From Setoptus koraiensis (Eukaryota > Animalia > Arthropoda): a stretch of 64,000 bases of DNA. Of this stretch, positions 55,753 to 64,000 are shown in pieces; position 1 is the stretch's first letter, and every line of letters starts with the position of its first letter. Where the stretch lies: the NCBI GenBank assembly GCA_048013815.1, contig CM106585.1, positions 17,856,001 through 17,920,000 of the forward strand, in the 5' to 3' direction. The translations under genes and the position numbers were made by a program. The notes under the pieces are model-generated. The model had not been told where the DNA came from and did not search any database. It saw only the letters and a list, made by a program, of their open reading frames with translations.

Positions 55753-58700
55753 TCATTTCTTTCTAGCATACTTTGCTTTCTTTATATATGCATCAACCAT
55801 AGACCTTATCTTCACGGCATTGATTTCACCATTCTTAGAATGACATATCTTTGGTACTGCACGACGAAGGATGTCCTTATATTCATCTTTAGTTACAGCT
55901 CTCTTCTGGTAGTGTGGTTTTAAAGCTAGTTTGACTTCTTCAATAACTCTCTCTTGTCTATTTAACTTTTGAATGTATTTCTCTTTGTTGTTGAGATCGA
56001 CAGCAGACGAAGGAACACCATCATCCGGCCTTGATAATTCCCCTTCCTCGTTATGTTGTCTCGGAGGTGTTGACGGGGATTGCGGTTTGGCAATTCCAGG
56101 ACGCTGAGAACTAGATGATTGATTCGTCAATTGCCCACATAATTTGTTCAATAGTGTATTTGTACCTTTTCTTGAGCTACTCTCTTCTTTACCTTGCACA
56201 TTTCCGGTCAATTTCTTTATTGTCTCCATGAAATTTGGATTTGTTTCGGCAAACGAGTTCAACAAGTTAGTCATCGAATCAAACATCGACACGTTCCCTG
56301 TGACATCTCCATCTTGTCTACCCTGAATCTTTCTCAGTTGTTCTAATAGAGAAGCGGCTTCTGAGGGAGCAAGATTTGAGGGCTGATCAGGGGGAGATTG
56401 TACAGGGCTATCTGAGGGACTAATTGGACCTAGAGGTTCCTCAGGATCATAAATATCACTGTTTGATCTAAATGATGAATCAGAATGCTGAGTGTCAATA
56501 CTTTGATAGCCACGTTGTCCAACTGCATTCAATTCATCTTGTATTGGTGTGGGTAAAGATTGGATACTGTCAACCCCTCGGCACTTTTCAACAATATCTG
56601 GATATAATGACATGGAATTATTTTTAGATTCGGGTTGCTTGGCTGAATTGAATTTTTCGTGCTGATTAACAATGATAGTCTTGTTTCGCGGCAGATCTAT
56701 TTCAGCACTAGAGCTTTCGACAAATTTAGGTAGGAATCTAGGCAAATAGTCTTGGGATTTTTTGATTTTTCTATGTTTCTCGAACATTTCCTCCTCATCG
56801 TAATATTCACTGACCCTATGATTGGACTCTTTCCTGGGTCTCCTATCGATGTCGGCCTCTCTATGCCCATCTCGACTGTTAGATCTGGATTTTCGCTTAT
56901 GTTTTCCAGATCTGGAGCGTGGACTTCTACTGCGACTTCTTGTTCTGTGATGACTCTTCCTCAGATGGGATCTACTTCTTTGACGACTAGTTCCAGGGCT
57001 TCTATTCCTATTTTTACTTCTGCCTCTTCCATCGCTAATTGTTTTATCTCTTTCTCTTTCTCGTTCCCTGTCTCTGTCTCGATCCCGATCTCTATCTCTA
57101 ATTCGACTGCGGCTGTGACTACGACTGCGACTTCGACGATGGTGCTTTTTCTTCTTCTCCTTCTCCCTCTCCTTGTCTCTATCCTTATCCTTATCTTTCT
57201 CTTTTTCCCTGTCTCTGTCTCTTTCCCTATCTCTATCCCTGAAACCATCTTTATCCTTCTCTTTATCTTTCTTCAAAGCTTTAGAATTGTGTTCTGAGTT
57301 CGAATCATTCACGGCAGAATTATTGGCGTCTTTCTTCTTAGATTTGTCTTTGTTGACAACAATGATTCTCCCATGCCTACATCTTTTTACTTTAACATCG
57401 GAATCTTTAGGATTAGCATCGGCTTTAGAACAATTCACTTGACCATTGGGGGTGGAAGATACGCCGGCTGTGCTCAGCTCGGAGCTTGCTCTCACGTCAG
57501 ACTTTTCACTATGATTGTTGACATTTGAGGTAGGGTTATCAACAGTTTGAGGGGGTTCATTGGACGCACTTTCGTTCGACTCTTTTTTTTCTGTGTTATC
57601 GACCTGTTGGTTATCACTGTGGGTTCTGACTAGATTGGAAACTGATGTATCATTTAAAGCCAAACTAGAGTCAGAGGTTGGCTGTGAGAGGACGCGTAGC
57701 TCCCCGTCTCTAGAGATCGATTGATCTGCAGTTAGAAGTACTGTCTGTGAACTAAGAATGGATCCTAATAAATCGTAGTTTCCAGTTTGTTCGCTCACAG
57801 TTTCACATCTTTGATCGGGCCTACTGTGGGGTATGCGGTTAGACACGGGTGCGTTGGAAGAAAGTGCTTTCTTGGCCAGAATTCTCGCGGCACATGCCAC
57901 TGTCATTCTTCTACGTGTGATCGATGCAATAGCGGCGGCTTCACTTCCAACGTCATGTTCGTATTCGATTTCGTCATTTTGATTGGTATGCACACTAACA
58001 TATAATTCTGGATCCGAAACTGGCTGATTGTGAGTAAGTTCGGTTCCACACAGAGAAATTCTAGCGATTCCTGCGTTATCCCTCTGAGTCGCAAGATCTT
58101 TGTTGGTATTGGCAAGACAACCAGGCTGTTTTTGGTCCTTCCTAAATACTGGCAACCCGAACGGTGTTTTTCGTATATTTCTAATACCCAGCTTTCGTGC
58201 GATTCTATTTCGTATGCTATCAGAAACATCCACTTTTGAACTCTTGGACAGTTTTCTTTTCCTGCTTTTCACAAGTCGAGATCCTTTCTTTCGAGTTGTT
58301 CTTTTCCTTCTTTTCGTGGTTCTTTTCTTAGTAGATTTTCTTTTTGTTGCACGTTTTGTTGTCTTTTTTGTCTTACTTTTAGACTGTGTAGTTCTTCTGG
58401 AACCTACAGTATTGGCCGCACTGTCAGAGTACGCCGAGTATACAACTCTACTGGTGCTTGAATTGGACGTACCTGAACTAGATAAATCATTCGTCTGCCT
58501 AGTTCTTCTTCTTTCGTTTATTCGCGTTCGTACCATTTCTGATATTCCTTCTGGATTCATACGCCTTCTTCGGTAACGTTGTATCAATGAATATTCTGAG
58601 GGAATACCGTGGGCTATCACATTCAATAGATTGGTATTCATGTATGTGGGATTCACACTAACTCGATTGCAGTCAGGACAATACCAATCCTCAATGGGTA

Positions 58701-59514
58701 CATGCTCTAAAGGAGGGTTTAGGCATTCTAAATGAAAACCAAAATCGCAGCCGTCACATAGTAGAAGGCGGTCTTCACGATCACACCTTCCACATACTTC
58801 ACAGTATGTAACATCGTCAGGTGCAACGTCATCGTATGCTGGTTTTAATTGATTGTCCGCTGATACATTAATACGTTGGATTACTGGACCATCTATTTCT
58901 CTTTTCGCTAATATAGTGCTATATATTTTTCTATCAACAGGGCATGCACTGACCTGTCGTGACCACTCTTCGATGCATTCAAGGCAAAAATTATGATTGC
59001 ATACTTCTGGCGTTCCTATTGTCTGCCCTAAAAATCTGTTGAGACATATAACACATTTTTCCGATTCGTCATCAGTGGACTGATAACCTTTGTTGACGGA
59101 GGGTTTGACATCAATATCTTGTTCATCTTCGACATCATCATATTGATCATCGTCGTCCTCGTCGTCGTCATTAGTTGATTCTTCATCAGTATGGATGCTA
59201 TTTATATCACTGTCTGAGCCATCACTGATTTCATCACTCATATTGCTGTTTTCTTTTTGCAGATTCACTTTATTCTTGTAGTTGCTTGTGCTGGGCAATA
59301 GATTTACGAGTGGCTTAGAGTCTTGTTGTAAAATTGGTTTATCGGTGACTCTTGAGTGATCGATTGCAGTCGACGTAGAGGGTTGCAAATTTTGATTGCT
59401 ATCATTAGCGTTGGTATTGTTATTTTGCACAACGACATGGTCATCTTGGCGCTCCTTCTTGATAGTTACACCATGTTTAATGTCTTGTTGTTGACTTTCC
59501 TCCTCCGAATTCAT
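55753..59514 (-). CDS. PHRF1: PHD and RING finger domain-containing protein 1 (1253 aa, intronless)
   Basis: RING (CVIC...CNHNFCLEC...CPVDR), PHD (CEVC...CDGC...HLEC...WYCPDC), RS-rich region, and C-terminal Pol II CTD-binding domain (ERVIEEVKLALKPHYQKRAVTKDEYKDILRRAVPKIC). Confidence 0.95.
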   Translation of the reverse strand: MNSEEESQQQDIKHGVTIKKERQDDHVVVQNNNTNANDSNQNLQPSTSTAIDHSRVTDKPILQQDSKPLVNLLPSTSNYKNKVNLQKENSNMSDEISDGSDSDINSIHTDEESTNDDDEDDDDQYDDVEDEQDIDVKPSVNKGYQSTDDESEKCVICLNRFLGQTIGTPEVCNHNFCLECIEEWSRQVSACPVDRKIYSTILAKREIDGPVIQRINVSADNQLKPAYDDVAPDDVTYCEVCGRCDREDRLLLCDGCDFGFHLECLNPPLEHVPIEDWYCPDCNRVSVNPTYMNTNLLNVIAHGIPSEYSLIQRYRRRRMNPEGISEMVRTRINERRRTRQTNDLSSSGTSNSSTSRVVYSAYSDSAANTVGSRRTTQSKSKTKKTTKRATKRKSTKKRTTKRRKRTTRKKGSRLVKSRKRKLSKSSKVDVSDSIRNRIARKLGIRNIRKTPFGLPVFRKDQKQPGCLANTNKDLATQRDNAGIARISLCGTELTHNQPVSDPELYVSVHTNQNDEIEYEHDVGSEAAAIASITRRRMTVACAARILAKKALSSNAPVSNRIPHSRPDQRCETVSEQTGNYDLLGSILSSQTVLLTADQSISRDGELRVLSQPTSDSSLALNDTSVSNLVRTHSDNQQVDNTEKKESNESASNEPPQTVDNPTSNVNNHSEKSDVRASSELSTAGVSSTPNGQVNCSKADANPKDSDVKVKRCRHGRIIVVNKDKSKKKDANNSAVNDSNSEHNSKALKKDKEKDKDGFRDRDRERDRDREKEKDKDKDRDKEREKEKKKKHHRRSRSRSHSRSRIRDRDRDRDRDRERERERDKTISDGRGRSKNRNRSPGTSRQRSRSHLRKSHHRTRSRSRSPRSRSGKHKRKSRSNSRDGHREADIDRRPRKESNHRVSEYYDEEEMFEKHRKIKKSQDYLPRFLPKFVESSSAEIDLPRNKTIIVNQHEKFNSAKQPESKNNSMSLYPDIVEKCRGVDSIQSLPTPIQDELNAVGQRGYQSIDTQHSDSSFRSNSDIYDPEEPLGPISPSDSPVQSPPDQPSNLAPSEAASLLEQLRKIQGRQDGDVTGNVSMFDSMTNLLNSFAETNPNFMETIKKLTGNVQGKEESSSRKGTNTLLNKLCGQLTNQSSSSQRPGIAKPQSPSTPPRQHNEEGELSRPDDGVPSSAVDLNNKEKYIQKLNRQERVIEEVKLALKPHYQKRAVTKDEYKDILRRAVPKICHSKNGEINAVKIRSMVDAYIKKAKYARKK

Positions 59515-61161
59515 TATACTGGCTCTTAGAATGGTAATTTGTATGGGACGCTTTCAAACAAAACCCAGAGTTTTATATTCAACCAATAATATATTATCCT
59601 GTGTATCGATATGAAGTAAATGCAATTGCAGCGTCCTTAGATAAATATCTGTGTTGTTGTCAGTTGTTAAAAGTGTGTTGTGAATGCATCACATAATATG
59701 ATAAAATTTAACAATTAACTATCCAATAAAAGTTTATGTGGTAACATCAATTCATCATAAGAGAGCGGCAGAATTTCTCCGGTTTAAAACCATCTTGTAC
59801 ATATTTAATTGGTATGATATGATTGTTAAAGCTCGTGCAGTGTGATGTTGATTATTGTTGTTTATTCCTGTCCAAAGTGTCTATTGTTGTTACGGTGTGT
59901 ATAGTTGTTACATGTATAGTATGTGATATACATAGATTATAAAAAATAATAAAAATAGGTCGAGTCGGTGCAATAATATAAATGCGATAAAAGTAAAGAG
60001 AGAATTGGTGGTGATGATGATGATGGTTTTGTTAAAGGCTCGTGCAGTCATCTTGGCTGGCTATAAAACACACTGTGCCGCATAAACGATGCTATCTGCT
60101 GTGCAAAAAATGCATTGCAGAAGCCACGTAGCACAATCAGTGGGATTCTATGGACATGATTGCTCCACTCTGCCACTGCATAGGAGATGACCACAAACAA
60201 AGACCAAAATGACAGCGCATACCACTTTTGTGTAACTTTTCAAGTTTGTGTGTCCTTGTTTGTCGGGCGTAGAAAAGGCGCAGCGAAAGCTGGCCACAAT
60301 ACACAGCAGACGGCAACTGTGTGCGCATGCGTCAGGCAACAATTCAAGCTATTCAACACACTGTGCACAATCCACAGTGCATTCCCTGTGCAGAAAAAGG
60401 CACCATTCAAAGCTTGGTACATGAAGTAGGTGCAAGTTGCCATTTTGATGGGCGCACCCCGCATGGTGGAATTCGTACACAAAATCATTTGCGTACACAA
60501 GCACCCAAACATTGATGCCAGTAAACACTGGCTGCTGCCATCAATGTTGCCGCTAGTGCTGCTGTTGCACCACTGTTGTGGCGGCAGGCGTCGGTAGTAC
60601 GGTTAAGTTGTGCCGTTTACGCAATTCCACCACCAACCATGGCCTTCTCTGCAGTTTGCGCTCGAATCACAAGAGGCGCCACCATCGCACAGAAACAGCA
60701 CCACCGAGCCTACAAGTGTCTCGATAAATGTTCCAACCTTTTCTGTCTTGTTCCAACAACACGCTCTGGCCCATTCGACGATACACACCAGGCACCCAAA
60801 CGCCCGTGGCTAGGCGCTTGTACGAAGGCATCTTTTGCCCCATCATACTCACTGTCACGCTGCCATGTACGCAATGCTAACTTCACTACTATGCAACATA
60901 ACGATAGCAAATTTGGCCCCCAGACGGAATTTTATGGAACTTCGCGGAAGAAACGTGTGCTAAATGCCCAGGCATGTACCGTTCTACATTTTTATTATTA
61001 TTTATTTTTGTTGTAGCGAGCCGCAAAACACGTTTTTTATCATCTCATTTCAAATGCACCGGCCTGTCACCAACATCATTAAGTGCATGAAACTTTGTCA
61101 TCCACATCCACAAACATTAAACATCGGCCATTAGCAGTATACCCACCTACAACCTTTCACA

Positions 61162-63138
61162 ATGCCGAAACACTTTGAGAACAAACTATTATTGGCCAGT
61201 CCACCGCCGCCGCCTCCGCCATCGCCGATATTTCGTCAGACTTACAATTTAATTACCGGCAAATTAGAATGGCTACCCAAACCTATAGACTATGACTTCC
61301 ATCAAGAGATTGCTAGAAGCGGCTATGCCGACATGTTGCACGATGTCGATAGGAACATTCTCTATCAAGAGGCCATCAGAGAGGCTGTCAAGGGTCTTGT
61401 GAATGATGAAACCAACAATCCAAACAAGGATAAGCATTTTCATTGTCTTGACATCGGCACCGGTTCAGGACTGTTGTCCATGATGGTAGTTGAGGCCTTC
61501 AGGCAACTAAACTATAACAATTTCAATGTTACCGCATGCGAATGCTTCCAACCTATGGGCTGTTGCGCAAAAAAAATTATTGCCCGCAACAATATGGACG
61601 ATAAGATTAATGTTATTTTAAAGCGATCTACAGATATTGATTTGAACGAAGATCTCAAGAGTACCAAAGCCGACCTGTTAGTTGCTGAACTATTGGATAC
61701 AGAACTCATAGGAGAAGGTTGCTTGCACGTTTACCGGCACGCTTTGGAGAATTTATGTCAACCCAATTGCATTATCATTCCTCAAAAAGCCAGGATCTAT
61801 ATATATCCAGTGCAGTCTTCTTGGTTATATGATAGACATCAATTAAATAACCCCATGACCTATTGTAGGAAGAATGTAAAAGTTGAGGCTAATAATAGCC
61901 AAAATGGTGATGATCAACAATACGCTCAGATTGTGCTACCCAAGGATATTTCGGATTGTTCAGGTATTCATTCGCTATACGACGTACAACTTAGCGAATT
62001 ATTACAAGACTTTGAATTTGATCAATTAAGTGAGCCACAGGTTGCATTTGAGTTCGATTTTTCCGATATCAGTACTTTGAAACTATTTGAAACAAAAGCA
62101 CTTGATTTCAAGGTGGAAAAGGATGTTATTGAGCCAATGATGGCCTTCATGTGGTGGGATATTACCCTAATCACTGAGAAAAATGCTTATTCTAAGCAGG
62201 ACATATTATTGAGTTGTGCTCCCACTTGGGCTCTTCCAGAAGGTCCCCTCAACAAAGGAATGCCTACAGAATTCCCGGTATGGAGAGACCATTGGATGCA
62301 GGCTATCTACTACTTTTCTTCTACAGTCACTTTAAGGTCCACGATAATCCAAGCCAATGATAAAGTCACTATATATTGCAACCATGATGACTATTCCTTA
62401 TGGTTTGACCTGAACCCTCATCTCAGCTCTGTAAAACAACCAATATCCTGTTCTTGCGGTCTTCATCTCAGACTCAGTAGAGATAGATTATCTATGTTGA
62501 ATGATAATCAACGATTGAGTCTATTTTCCGATGCACTAGAAGAATGCATGTTGAGATTCATAGTCGAAGATAGGCAAGAAATAAGAGTATTGTTCATTGG
62601 CCATATTAGTTATCTTCCCATAATCATAGCCAAATATCCTCAAGTGAGTCAAGTTTTTTTCTATGATAATAGTAGTGACGCTAACTATACAGAAAATTTA
62701 TACAGAACATTAACGAGTGAGAACAACTGTAATGCCGATATAAAACGTATCGCTTTTGATTATGATGAAGATTCAAGTCATTTATCAGAGTCAATAGATT
62801 TGATAGTAACCGAGCCATATTTCCAAGTTGTTGGTCTACCTTGGAATTTACTACATTATTGGAAGATTTTGGATGATTCTGGAATAGCTACTGAAGGTAA
62901 ACTACTCGTAACCAACGCCTCCATAAAATGTATACTTATGGACTTTGATTATTTAGGCAGGATTAGAGCAGACGTCGGGAGTTGCCAAGGCTTCGATTTA
63001 AAAGATTTCGATACTATGATGAATAGCTCTAGGGAATACTCAGATCAATCTATTGAACCTCAACCACTATGGGAATACTCTGGTAGATCACTACAACCTG
63101 AAGCTACAACGTTATTTGAGTTTGATTTCAACAAGGTG
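61162..63138 (+). CDS. PRMT7: Protein arginine N-methyltransferase 7; 3' end unreadable
   Basis: DYDFHQEIARSGYADMLHD, LDIGTGSGLLSMM, double-E loop AELLDTELIGEG, RDHWMQAIY, and a second degenerate module. The sequence collapses to G/T-rich noise after ~63138. Confidence 0.93.
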
Positions 63139-64000
63139 TGGTATATATATATTAATAATTTTGTAATATATATTTGTGGTGGTGGGGGGGGGGGGGGGGG
63201 GGGGGGGGTGTGTGTTTTTGTGGGGGTGGTGTGGTTTGGGTGTTTTTGTTTTTTTGTTGGGGTGGTGTGTGGGGGGTTGAGAGGGATTATGGATTGGTGG
63301 TATTGTTTTTAGTATTGTGTTTTGGAATATTATTTTTTGGGTGGTTGTTTTTTATTGTGGGTAGTATTGGAAGGTATGAATTTTAGGTGTTGTTATAAGA
63401 TAATTGGATTGAAGTTTGGGGAAATAATAATTATTTAGTTTGATGTGATACATAGAAGCGAAGGGATGTGTTAGGGTTGATGAGGGTGGAGTTTAGAGAA
63501 TATTGCCTGGTTAATTTATTAGTAGGTATAATAGAAAATTACGTATAATTGGAAAAAGAAAATCAGGAAATTGATTTATCGAGATATAGTGAAGGGGGGG
63601 GGCGTTTACTGGAGGTTAAGAGGTGTGTTGACTTATTAGTGTTGGGTGGGGGTAAGGAAGGGTTGGTAGGAGTTGGGTTTAAAAATTGGAGAGTGGTAAT
63701 GGTATGGAGATTAAATTTAATAAAAGATATGCCGGATAAGTTAGGGAGATGCCGATATTCTTAGATGTGTCGTTGTCTGGGCGGAGTGAGAGTTGGGGAT
63801 TAAATTTATGGATCAAGGGTGAAGGCAGTGTGGAGGGGTGGAGAATACTATGGTTAAAGGAATAAAACTTGGTGATAGAGATGGAGATAGGTTTGGGGTG
63901 CGGGGGGGAGGATAAGTGGACGGTGGAAGGGATGAGTGTGGTGGATGTGTTGAGAATGTGGATTATGTTGGGTAATAGGGGGGTGAGGGGTGTGTGCATC
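63139..64000. other. Probable low-quality or unpolished assembly sequence
   Basis: Abrupt near-absence of C, long G runs, and loss of the PRMT7 reading frame. Confidence 0.8.

Noticed and set aside
60060-61016. About 1 kb with several 60-146-aa ORFs between the divergent PHRF1 and PRMT7 starts, and a ~17-bp direct repeat (GTTAAA(G)GCTCGTGCAGT at 59825 and 60031).
   Set aside because: No recognisable domain, RNA gene or consistent coding frame. It may be a bidirectional promoter/UTR or a small spliced gene, but I cannot support a call.
63139-63312. Gly-rich hydrophobic C-terminus on the PRMT7 ORF (possible membrane tail).
   Set aside because: It derives from the low-quality G/T-rich terminal sequence.

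Overview
Eukaryotic (arthropod-like) genomic window with three parts. The compact, almost intronless genes suggest a small-genome mite such as an eriophyoid; this is inference only. (1) 1-34 kb is a tandem gene-family island on the + strand built from two families. One is UPF1-derived SF1B helicases that have lost the UPF1 zinc (CH) domain and carry F-box/LRR or transmembrane/LRR N-termini: 4 long ORFs plus many decayed copies. The other is seven intact secreted trypsin-fold serine protease homologues (SPHs), all lacking the catalytic His. Most 'intergenic' DNA in the island that I could read is decayed helicase sequence. Each SPH starts at the 3' end of a dead helicase copy, in frame where I traced it, which suggests the protease leader was built from the helicase tail. 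(2) 34.8-54.7 kb holds a secreted Gln/Asn-rich protein, then about 17 kb of GC-rich, microsatellite-rich non-coding DNA with clustered PAR-bZIP and AP-1 sites upstream of a puckered/DUSP10-like MAPK phosphatase. (3) 55.7-63.1 kb holds PHRF1 (- strand) and PRMT7 (+ strand). The last ~860 bp look like low-quality sequence. All homology calls are by eye; no searches were run.
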